Part shown: positions 1 through 10,699 of the stretch, one piece after another | How positions within the stretch are numbered: position 1 is the first letter of the stretch | How the letters are laid out: every line of letters begins with the position of its first letter | Assembly: GCF_030028105.1 (NCBI RefSeq) | Contig: NC_092374.1 | Coordinates: forward strand, 188,388,638-188,452,637 | Length of the DNA: 64,000 nt | Origin: Mobula birostris | Taxonomy: Eukaryota | Direction of reading: 5' to 3' | Translations under genes and position numbers: made by a program | The notes under the pieces: model-generated | The model's input: only the letters and a program-made list of their open reading frames with translations | Database searches by the model: none | What the model was told of the DNA's origin: nothing

Positions 1-745
1 CAGTAGACCTTATCAATACTTTCTGCCATTTGCTGCTTCATGACCTTCACCCACACTCTGAGTTCTCACCCATTCGATCATCAACTGTGCACGGCTGCAA
101 TGAAAAACTCACTTGCAACATCAGCACTGATACATGATATAAGCAGTGTTCACAAGGAGAAAATATATTAAACATAAACATCATTTTTACAAGAAAGAAC
201 ACAATTAGAACAAAAAAAAAGAAAATTACAATTAAATAAGACTAAGTCAACCCCTGACATTTGTCTGTTGCTATCTCGGGTTTATTGGGAGGGGAGGTCA
301 CAAGCTTTATATCCTCAGATTCATTTTCTAGCAGGCACTCACAGTAGGACAAAGAAATACGACAGAATCAATGAGAAACTCTACAAGACTGACAAACTAG
401 TGCAAAAGAAGACAAATGGTGTAAATACAATAAATAAATAGAGACAGAATCCTTCAGGAAGCTCTGCCATGGATGGTCCCAAGCTGGGACTGCAAAAGGA
501 GGGGTTTGGCATGGGGCTTGCCAACCCCATCCCTTTAAAAAACCAGAGGGCTGGTGCCCAGCAGATGAAAAATCAATATTGATGCCATCAGGCTGGAAAC
601 TATCAAGGTGAATATGAGGTGCTGTTCCTCGAATCTACGTCGAGCCTCCACGTAACAGTAGAGGAGGCTGCCAGTCTGTCGAGGAGATGATGGGCAGATG
701 TCATTTTAACCGAGAGTGGGGCAGAAATGTCCTGCCTGGGTTTTG

Positions 746-1712
746 GTGTAAACCTTTCCTGTGTCCTGACTGAGTGTCTGTGTAAACCATTCCCGCGTCC
801 CGACTGAGTGTCTGTGTAAACCATTCCCGCGTCCCGACTGAGTGTCTGTGTAAACCATTCCCGCGTCCCGACTGAGTGTCTGTGCAAACCATTCCCGCGT
901 CCCGACTGAGTGTCTGTGTAAACCATTCCCGTGTCCCGACTGAGTGTCTGTGTAAACCATTCCCGTGTCCCGACTGAGTGTCTGTGTAAACCATTTCCGC
1001 GTCCCGACTGAGTGTCTGTGTAAACCATTTCCGTGTCCCGACTGAGTGTCTTTGTAAACCATTCCTGTGTCCCGACTGAGTGTCTGTGTAAACCATTCCC
1101 GCGTCCCGACTGAGTGTCTGTGTAAACCATTCCCGTGTCCCGACTGAGTGTCTGTGTAAACCATTTCCGCGTCCCGACTGAGTGTCTGTGTAAACCATTT
1201 CCGCGTCCCGACTGAGTGTCTGTGTAAACCATTTCCGTGTCCCGACTGAGTGTCTTTGTAAACCATTCCTGTGTCCCGACTGAGTGTCTGTGTAAACCAT
1301 TCCCGTGTCCCGACTGAGTGTCTGTGTAAACCATTCCCGTGTCCCGACTGAGTGTCTCTGTAAACCATTCCCGTGTCCCGACTGAGTGTCTGTGTAAACC
1401 ATTCCCGTGTCCCGACTGAGTGTCTCTGTAAACCATTCCCGTGTCCCGACTGAGTGTCTGTGTAAACCATTCCTGTGTCCTGACTGAGTGTGTAAATCAT
1501 TCCCGTGTCCTGACTGAGTGTCTGTGTAAACCATTCCTGTGTCCTGACTGAGTGTCTGCGTAAACCATTCCTGTGTCCCGACTGAGTGTCTCTGTAAACC
1601 ATTCCTGTGTCCTGACTGAGTGTATAAATCACTCCCGTGTCCTGACTGAGTGTCTGTGTAAACCATTCCTGTGTCCTGACTGAGTGTCTGCGTAAACCAT
1701 TCCTGTGTCCTG
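746..1712. repeat. 34-bp minisatellite (unit ~CTGAGTGTCTGTGTAAACCATTCCCGTGTCCCGA), about 28 units, a few shortened to 30 bp
   Basis: Direct tandem repeat. The 34-aa periodicity in all three minus-strand ORFs is what a stop-free 34-nt unit produces. Confidence 0.97.
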
Positions 1713-1755
1713 AATGGTAATTTGCCCTTAAAACACTCACAAATCCACTCCTGCA

Positions 1756-3765
1756 CAATTTGTAATCCCAGCAATTATCGGCCTGTGAGTTTGACGTCAG
1801 TGGTGGGTAAAGTGATGGAAAGTATTCTTAGAGATGGTATATATAATTATCTGGATAGACAGGGTCTGATTAGGAACAGTCAACATGGATTTGTGTGTGG
1901 AAGGTCATGTTTGACAAACCTTACTGAATTTTTTGAAGAGGTTGCTAGGAAAGTTGACAAGGGTAAAGCAGTGGATGTTGTTTATATGGACTTCAGTAAG
2001 GCCTTTGACAAGGTCCCACATGGAAGGTTAGTTAGGAAGGTTCAATCGTTAGGTATTAATATTGAAGTAGTAAAATGGATTCAGCAGTGGCTGGATGGGC
2101 GACGCCAGAGAGTAGTGGTGGATAACTGTTTGTCAGATTGGAGGCCAGTGACTAGTGGTATGCCTCAGGGATCTGTACCGGGTCCAGTGTTATTTGTCAT
2201 GTACGTTAATGATCTGGGTGATGCGGTGGTAAATTGGATGAGTAAGTATGCAGATAGGTGGAGTTGTGGATAATGAGGTAGGTTTTCAAAGCTCGCGGAG
2301 AGAATTAGGCCAGTTAGAAGAGTGGGCTGAAAATGGCAGATGGAGTTTAATGCTGATAAACGTGAGGTGCTACATTTTGGTAGGACTAATCAAAATAGGA
2401 CATACATGGTAAATGATAGAGCATTGAAGAATGCAGTAGAACAGAGGGATCTAGGAATAATGGTGCATAGTTCCCTGAAGTTGGACTCTCATGTGGATAG
2501 GGTGGTGAAGAAAGCTTTTGGAATGCTAGCCTTTATAAGTGTAACGCTCAGTTATTTTGGCTCGTATATGTCTAGGGGAAATCCCACCCAGCACCTGCCT
2601 GAACGCTTCCCACGGAGTCGGTTGCTGCCCGAATCAATCCCAAACATCAATCATCAGCCAGCACACCCAGTACGTTTTACCAAGTACACTTTATAGATAT
2701 TATTAAGTCTATGACATTAATATAAATTCGATACAGAAAAGGAAGTAATGAAAAAAGGCGCCAAGACTTATCAAAGTCCAAGTTCTTGGCGCGCAACCGT
2801 TGGAGGTCAATCGATTCCTGACGACCACCCGGATCCTGTTGACTCACGGCTTGGGACCACCTGAAGTGATCGACCGGAGCCTTTCCGCACGTCCGCCGTC
2901 CTCCCCGTCTCTCCTCCAACTCCCCGACAAAAACCCCGTTCCCAGTCATGAGACAGCATTATCATCCAAAATCAAAATGATACATGACCACCCATTGGCT
3001 AATAGCACCCTGCTGTCTGTTTTTTACCCAAGCAACTGTCTAGCTGGAGACTTTCTCAGCATTTAACATAACAAAGAAGCATTACCCAGTATAACATAAC
3101 AAAGAAGCCATTTTAAATTTAACATACGAAAAAAGAAAGACCCCGTACGTAAGTCAGAGCATTGAGTATAGGAGTTGGGATGTAATGTTGAAATTGTACA
3201 AGGCATTGGTGAGGCCAAATTTGAAGTATTGTGTACAGTTTTGGTCGCTGAATTATGGGAAAGATGTCAACAAAATTGAGAGAGTACAGAGAAAATTTAC
3301 TAGAACGTTACCTGGGTTTCATCACCTAAGTTACAGAGAAAGTTTGAACAAGTTGGGTCTCTATTCTTTGGAGCATAGAAGGTTGAGGGGGGACTTGATA
3401 GAGGTATTTAAAATTATGAGCGGGATAGATAGAGTTGACGTGGATAGGTTTTTTCCATTGAGAGTGGGGGGAGGTTCAAACAAGAGGACATGAGTTGTGA
3501 GTTAAAGGGCAAAAGTTTAGGGGTAACATGAGGGGGAACTTTACTCAGAGAGTGGTAGCTGTGTGGAACGAGCTTCCAGCAGAAGTGGTCGAGGCACATT
3601 TTATGTTGTCATTTAAAGTTAAATTGGATAGATATATGGACAGGAAAGGAATGGAGGGTTATGGGCTGAGTGCAGGTCGGTGGGACTAGGTGAGAGTAAG
3701 AGTTCGGCATGGACTAGAAGGGCCAAGGTGGCCTGTTTCCGTGCTGTAATTGTTACATGGTTATA
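1756..3765 (+). mobile_element. 5'-truncated, degenerate CR1-clade LINE (RT and 3' end), split by an insertion at 2540-3149
   Basis: CR1 ORF2 motifs NYRPVSLTSVVGK, QHGF, YMDFSKAFDKVPH, PQGSV, YAD, LKYCVQFWS; the CR1 sequence resumes across the insertion. Confidence 0.93.
2540..3149. mobile_element. Probable solo LTR (610 bp) inserted in CR1
   Basis: Starts TGTAACG, ends CGTACG (near TG...CA), flanked by 4-bp TAAG duplication (2536-2539 and 3150-3153); no coding similarity seen. Confidence 0.6.
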
Positions 3766-3904
3766 TATGGAATTACAAACATTTGCTCTTGGAGAATTTG
3801 TCAATGAAATAAATAAACACCTGGTGAATGAAGAGAGGTAATTTCTAAGGTAAGGACAGCTTTATGGGCTGAAGGGCCTGTATCGTGCTGTAGGTTTTCT
3901 ATGT

Positions 3905-4030
3905 TTCTATGTAAACCATCCCTGTGTCCTGACTGAGTATCTGTGTAAACCATCTCTGTGACCTGACTGTCTGTGTAAACCGTTCCCGTGTCCCGACCGA
4001 GTGTCCATGTTATCCGTTCCCGTGTCCACT
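3905..4030. repeat. Degenerate second array of the 34-bp minisatellite; continues at ~5730-5765 after a Penelope-like insertion
   Basis: Same GTAAACCATTCCCGTGTCCTGACTGAG motif. Confidence 0.85.
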
Positions 4031-5725
4031 TAGTGGTGGGATACCGTTGGAGATGGCGGAAGTTACGGAGAATATTATGTTGTACCCGGAGGCTGGTGGG
4101 GTGGTAGGTGAGGACCAGGGGAACCCTGGTCCTAGTGGGGTGGCGGGAGGATGGAGTGAGAGCAGATGTGCGTGAAATGGGGGAGATGCGTTTGAGAGCA
4201 GAGTTGATGGTGGAGAAAGGGAAGCCCCGTTCTTTAAAAAAGGAGGACATCTCCCTCGTCCTGGAATGAAAAGCCTCATCCTGAGAGCAGATGCGCGGAG
4301 ACGGAGGAATTGCGAGAAGAGGATGGTATTTTTGCAAGAGACAGGGTGAGAAGAGGAATAGTCCAGATAGCTGTGAGAGTCAGTAGGCTTATAGTAGATA
4401 TCAGTGGATCAACTGTCTGCAGAGATAGAGACAGAAAGATCTAGAAAGGGGAGGGAGGTGTCGGAAATGGACCAGGTAAACTTGAGGGCAGGGTGAACGT
4501 TGGAGGCAAAGTTAATAAAGTCAACGAGCTCAGCATGCGTGCAGGAAGCAGCACCAATGCAGTTGTCGATGTAGCGAAGGAAAAGTGGGGGACAGATACC
4601 AGAATAGGCACAGAACATAGATTGTTCCACAAAGCCAAAAAAAAGGCAGGCATAGCTAGGACCCATACGGGTGCCTATAGCTACACCTTTAGTTTGGAGG
4701 AAGTGGGAGGAGCCAAAGGAGAAATTATTAAGAGTAAGGACTAATTCCGCTAGACGGAGCAGAGTGGTGGTGGGGGGGGACGGGGACTGATTAGGTCTGG
4801 AATCCAAAAAGAAGCGGAGAGCTTTGAGACCTTCCTGATGGGGGATGGAAGTATATAAGGACTGGACATCCATGGTGAAAATAAAGCGGTGGGGGCCAGG
4901 GAACTTAAAATCATTGAAAAGTTTAAGAGCGTGAGAAGTGTCACAAACATAGGTAGGAAGGGATTGAACAAGGGGTAATAAAACCGTGTCGAGGTATGCA
5001 GAAACGAGTTCGGTGGGGCACGAGCAAGCTGAGACAATAGGTCTGCCAGGACAGGCAGGATTGCGGATCTTAGGTAGGAGGTAGAAACGGGAAGTGCGGG
5101 GTGTGGGAACTATAAGGTTGGTAGCAGTGGATGGGAGATCCCCTGAGCGGATAAAGTCGGTGATGGTGTGGGAGACAATGGCCTGGTGCTCCTTAGTGGG
5201 GTAACGATCGAGGGGTAAATAAGAGGAGGTATCCGCGAGTTGTTGCTGTGCCTCGGCAAGGTAGAGGTCAGTACGCCAGACTACAACAGCACCCCGCTTA
5301 TCGATGGGTTGGAATGGGAACAAGGTGCGGTGAAGTCAAGACGGTTGATGTCCCATCAGCAGTTAGCAATAAAGAGATCCAGAGCAGGCAGAAGACCAGA
5401 GAGGAGGGTTGAAGACGGGAGAAGGGGTCATCGGTGGGGGTGGAAGAGTCCTTGCCGAAGAAGTAGGCTCAGAGACGGAGACGGTGGAAGAAGAGTTCCG
5501 CATCATGGCGAACACGGAACTCGCTGAGGTGTGGGCGAAGGGGGAGAAAGGTGAGGCCCCTACTGAGGACAGAGCATTCTGCCTCCGACAGTTGAAGGTC
5601 GGAGGGGATGGTAAAGACCCAGCACGGATGAGAGCTGGGATCAGAGGGGGGAGGCTGGGGGTGTCAGTGGAGAGGGGAGGGTTGGGGTGAGAGGAAGATG
5701 GAGCCTCTGAGTACCCAGGAGCTGA
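4031..5725 (-). mobile_element. Penelope-like element fragment (RT)
   Basis: ORF 4409-5323 has FYLLPKI, GRPIVS, MDVQSLYTSIPH, GVAIGTRMGPSYA, LRYIDN and LPFLDL, which are PLE RT motifs. Confidence 0.92.
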
Positions 5726-5994
5726 CGATGTCTTGACTGAGTGTGTAAACCATTCCTGTGTCCTGAATGGTAATTTGCCCTTAAAACACTCTCAAATCAC
5801 TCCCGCACAATTTGAAATACAAATATTCGCTGTTGGAGAATTTGTCAATGAAATAAATAAACACCTGGTGAATGAAGAGAACTGACTGGTTTATCAAAGA
5901 CAGCGATTGCAGGCTGCTGGTTCACAGTGGAACTAGATTCACAAACTGACAAAGTAATCTTTCTACTGACTGTACAATGATACTTTATGGTTAG

Positions 5995-6365
5995 AGTGGG
6001 GAGCTGAGGCTTGAGAGAGGAGAGTAAAGGCTAACTTGAAGTTTCTGTCAGGCTTTTCTTTCTTTGTCTATTTGTGCCCAGCTGGAGTAGTGAGAATGGA
6101 TCCCAGGGAAGTGGTACCCTCCTCATGCAAGATGTGGGAGATCTGGAACACCTCCATTCTCTCCGATTGCTCCGTCCGTGAGATGTGTATTTGGGTGCCA
6201 TTGCTTACAGACAACGTTAGGCAACTGGAGCCGGAGCTGGATGACCTATAGATCATTCAGGAGAATGAGGAGCTGATAGATAGGGGCTACAGGGAGACAG
6301 TCACACCCAATTTGCAGGAAGCAGGTCGCTGGGTGACCGTCAGAAGATAGAAAGCGAATATATAT
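5995..6365 (+). mobile_element. CR1 ORF1 5' fragment
   Basis: Translation SSCKMWEI...LLTDNVRQLEPELDDL resembles the fish CR1 ORF1 N-terminal zinc finger and coiled coil. Confidence 0.65.
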
Positions 6366-6404
6366 ACTGTGCAGAGTTTCCTTGTGGCTGCTCTCAATAA
6401 CAAA

Positions 6405-7145
6405 TACAGTGAATTCTGGTTAATCGTATCATCAGTTAATCAGAACAACCACTTATTTGGGACAGCTCTTAAAGAGCGGACACTAATCAAGAAAGTAGCT
6501 GGGATTCCCTTCATTTATTTGGGACATTATGCCACTGAATTAGGATAGGAGACATTGAACAGTTTCTAACTAACATTAGTCGCGTGTGATTGCGTGGCAC
6601 TGTGCTTAGAGTGAACAGTTTTTAAATAACGTCAATTGCATGTGCCAGTTGCATCAGTGATTTTTAACACTGATAGTTGGTGAGAAATAAGCAATAAGAT
6701 AATTCAGAACTGTTTTGCTCATTGCTGTTTCAAGCATTCAGGCTTGGAGATGCCTGAAATGTCCGGGAGTGAAAATGAAACAATTTCACAACCTCACCAG
6801 GTTCAGAACTACCAAAAAATGTGACAGTATCGACAACCATCTTGAATGTTATAATGAAAATGAAGAATTGGAGAATGCAACCATCGAAGGTATTGCATGA
6901 AGGCAGTCCATTATCTGCATTAGATCTCTGCGCTGATTTCGTTCATTTACAGTTCACCGGAAGAACACGATAGCATACTTAAAATGAATTCCTCTGTCAA
7001 CAGCTATCAGGAACTAATACACAGGTTTATAGTACTATATTGGTAGTGTTCTAATTTCTTCTGTATTTTATTTAAATACATAATTTGTTACTCACTTAAG
7101 TGGTAGCTTGAGTTTTTTATAACATCTTAACTATTTCCATAAAAC
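6405..7145. mobile_element. Degenerate DNA-transposon remnant (Tigger/pogo-like, non-autonomous)
   Basis: Begins GAATTCTGGTTAATCG; AT-rich, no intact ORF. Family assignment is from resemblance only. Confidence 0.35.
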
Positions 7146-7659
7146 TTGACAAGAGATGCAGACCATCTAATCAAGAGGAAGAAGGAAGCTTATTTATGGT
7201 TTAGAAAGCAAGGATCAGGCAGGTCTCTATAGAGTTACAAGGAAGCCAGGAAGGTGCTTACGAATGGATTTGGAAGAGCTAAAAAGGGACATGCGAAGGC
7301 CTTGGTGAGTAGGATTAAGGTAAATGCTAAGGCATTCTACACATGTGAAAAACAGGAGGATGGCTAGAGTTAGGGTAGGATTGCTCAGCAATAGGAGAGG
7401 AAACTTTTAGGTAGGCACTTGGATGATAGAAACATGGAGGGCTCCGTCGGGAGGAAGGGTTAGATTGATCTGAGAGCAGATTACTAAATCATGGGCTGAA
7501 GGGCCTGTGCTGTCCTACAATGTTCTGTGTCTGATAAGCACATTGAGGGAGTACAAGGGGAAATCAATAACAGAGCGGAGCACAAAGTGGTACAGAGAAA
7601 GTAACACTCACAACACGCTGGAGGAACTCAGCAGGTCGGGCAGCATCCGTGGAAACGAT

Positions 7660-7697
7660 GAGTCGACATTTCGGGCCGGAACCCTTCATCAGGACTG
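7660..7697 (-). ncRNA. Minimal hammerhead motif in the inverted pseudo-LTR
   Basis: Reverse complement reads CAGTC-CTGATGA-AGGGTTCCGGCCC-GAAAT-GTC-GACTC. Confidence 0.6.
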
Positions 7698-9908
7698 AAG
7701 GGGGAAGGGGCCAAGGCTGGTAGGTTCCAGGTGAAAAACCAGTAAGGGGAAAGATAAAGGGGTGGGGGAAGGGAAGCAGGGAGGTGATAGGCAGGAAAGG
7801 TGAAGAAAGAATAGGGGAAAACACAATGGGTGGTAGAAGGAGGCAGAACCATGAGGGAGGTGATAGGCAGCTGGGGGAGGGGGCAGAGTGAAATAGGGAT
7901 AGGGGGAGGGAATTACCGGAAGTTGGAGAATTCTATGTTCATACCAAGGGGCTGGAGACTACCCAGACGGTATATGAGGTGTTGCTCCTCCAACCTGAGT
8001 TTAACCTCATCATGGCAGTAGAGGAGGCCATGTATGGACATATCTGAATGGGAGTGGGAAGCAGAGTTGAAGTGGGTGGCCACTGGGAGATCCTGTCTGT
8101 TTTGGTGGATGGAGCGAAGGTGCTCGACGAAGCGGCCCCCCCAATCTGCGTCGGGTTTCACTGATATAGAAGAGACCGCACCAGGAGCACCGGATGCAGT
8201 AAATGACCCCAACAGACTCACAAGTGAAGTTTTGGGGGACAACCATAGTTCAGTCTCTCCCCACCTACATCCAGGATACATAGTTTATCACCCATGGTTC
8301 AGTCTCTCCTCACCTACATCCGGGATACATCCCATGCCCTCCACCTCTTCAATAACTTCCAGTTCCCCGGTCCCAACCGCTTCATTTTCACTATGGATGT
8401 CCAATCCCTATACATCTGCATTCCCCATGAAGAAGGCCTCAAAGCCCTCTGCTACTTTCTGGATAATAGACCTCACCAGTTCCCCACCACCACTACCCTC
8501 CTCCAGTTGGCGGAAGTGGTTCTCGCACTCAATAACTTCTCTTTTGGCTCTTCCCACTTTCTCCAGACCAAGGGTGTAGCTATGGGAACTTGCATGGGCC
8601 CTAGTTATGCCTGCCTCTTTGTTGGTTATGTGGAACAGTCTGTGCTCCAAACCTATTCTGGTACTGCTCCCCAACTTTTCCTTCAGTACATTGATGACTA
8701 CATTGGTGCTGCTTCCTGCACCCATGCTGAGCTCGTCAATTTCATCGACTTTACTTCTAACTTCCACCCAGCCCTCAAATTAACTGGGCCATCTTGGACA
8801 CTTCTCTCCCCTTTCTTGATCTCTTGGTCTCCATCTCTGGAGACAGACTGTCCACTGACATCTTCTACAAGCCCACTGACTCTCATAACTACCTCAACTA
8901 TACCTCTTCCCACTCCGCCACATGCAAAAATGCCATTCCCTATTCCCAATTCCTCCATCCCCACCGCATCTGCTCCGAGGATGAGGTTTTCCATTCCAGG
9001 ACCTCTCAAATGTCCTCTTTCTTTAAGGATTGTTGTTTCCCTTCTGCTGTCATCAATGATGCCCTCACCGGCATCTCCTCCATTTCCTGCACTTCGGCTC
9101 TCACCCCATCCTCCCGCCACCACAACAGGGACCCCACCACTAAGCACATCTTTCCCTCTCCGCCTTCCGCAGGGATCGGTCCCTCCGCGACTCCCTGGTC
9201 CACACGTCCCTCCCCACGGATCTCCTACCTGGCACTTATCCCTGTAAGCGCAAGTGCTACACCTGTCCCTACACCTCCTCTCTTGCCACCATTCAGGGCC
9301 CAAACAGTACTTCCAAGTGAGGCAACACTTCGCTTGTGAGTCTGTTGAGGTCATCTATTGCATCCGGTGCTCCCGGTGCGGTCTCCTCTACATCGGTGAA
9401 ACTTGACGCAGATTGGGGCACTGCTTTGTCGAGCACCTCCACTCTGTCTGCCAAAACAGACAGGATCTCCCAGTAGCCACCCACTTCAACTCTGCTTCCC
9501 ACTCCCATTCAGATATGTCCATACATGGCCTCCTCTACTGCCATGATGGGGCTAAACTCAGGTTGGAGGAGCAACACCTCATATACCGTCTAGGTCATCT
9601 CCAGCCCCTTGGTATGAACATAGAATTCTCCAACTTCCGGTAATTCCCTCCCCCTCCCTTCTCCTATCCCTATTTCACTCTGCCCCCTACCCCAGCTGCC
9701 TACCACCTCCCTCATGGTCCCACCCCCTTCTACTACCCATTGTGTTTTCCCCTATTCTTTCTTCACCTTTCCTGCCTATCACCTCCCTGCCTCCCTTCCC
9801 CCACCTCTTTATCTTCCCTCTTACTGGTTTTTCACCTGGAACCTACCAGCCTTCTCCTTCCCACCCTCCCCCCCACCTTCTTTATAGGGCCTTGGCCCCC
9901 TCCCTCTT

Positions 9909-9946
9909 CAGTCCTGATGAAGAGTCTCAGCCCGAAACGTTGACTG
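9909..9946 (+). ncRNA. Minimal type-I hammerhead ribozyme motif in Penelope pseudo-LTR
   Basis: CAGTC-CTGATGA-(13 nt)-GAAAC-GTT-GACTG: perfect 5-bp stem I, conserved core, palindromic ACGT stem III; stem II is degenerate. Confidence 0.65.
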
Positions 9947-10384
9947 ATCATTTCCACGGATGCTGCCCAACCTGCTGAGTTCCTCCAGCGTGTTTTGAGT
10001 GTTGCTTTGACCCCAGCATCTGCAGATTATTTTGTGCTTATGGTACAGAGAGAGTACAGTGCAGACAGACAATAAGGCGCAAGGAGCATGATGAGATAGG
10101 TTGAGGTCAAGAGTCCATCTTCCACATCACAGCAGGATAGAACTGGAATTGGTTTATCATTGCCACATGTACTGAGACAGAGTGAAAAAGCTGCATTGCT
10201 CTTACATGGGGATAGGATGGGCTCCACAGACCTTGAAACTTCCTTCCTGGTGGATATGGGTGACAATCGAGACAGCAGTAGGTGAGGGGAAGAAATAACC
10301 TCAGCTGTGCATTTCTCTCCATAGATGCTGTCCGACCTGCTGAGATCCTCCTGCATTTTGTGTGTGTTCATCCAGACTTTTTAA

Positions 10385-10635
10385 AATTTATTGAGATACA
10401 GCATGGAACGGGCCTTTCTAGGCCAGCAACACCCGATTTAACGCTAGCCTAATCATAGGACATATAAAGACCAATTATCCTACCAACCGGTACATCTTTG
10501 GACTGTGGGAGGACACCAGAGCACCTGGAGGAAACCCGCATGGTCACGGGGAGAATGCGTACACTCCTTACGGACGGCGGTGGGAATTGAACCATGTTGC
10601 TGGTACTGTAAAGCCTTGTGCTAACAACTATGCCT
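10385..10635 (-). mobile_element. tRNA-derived SINE (V-SINE/HE1-like)
   Basis: Minus strand has a B-box-like GGTTCAATTCC followed by a V-domain-like GGGTTTCCTCCAGGTGCTCTGGTGTCCTCCCACAGTCCAAAGA; related copies at 24550-27680 and 45020-45320. Confidence 0.7.
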
Positions 10636-10699
10636 CATTTCTCATATCGGTTGTCCCTCTTGTGACATAAATTCAGCCTCTCGCTGCTGTGTTGCAATA

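Larger units (their letters stand above)
7600..10030 (+). mobile_element. Penelope-like element (RT + GIY-YIG, frameshifted) preceded by an inverted copy of its own 3' ~620 bp
   Basis: RT motifs in 8294-9339; GIY-YIG C-terminus (YCIRCS, HFNSASHSHSDM, EQHLIYRLG) at 9320-9643; 7600-8230 is the reverse complement of ~9320-10010. Confidence 0.92.

Noticed and set aside
60-115. GTGAG donor-like sites and a 25-nt candidate exon on the minus strand
   Set aside because: Weak acceptor and no partner exons visible in the window.
746-1712. Possible CRISPR array
   Set aside because: Repeats are contiguous with no unique spacers, there are no cas genes, and the context is eukaryotic.
603-1774. Three long ORFs (277-357 aa) with a 34-aa repeat
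   Set aside because: They result from a stop-free 34-bp minisatellite read in all three frames; no independent coding evidence.
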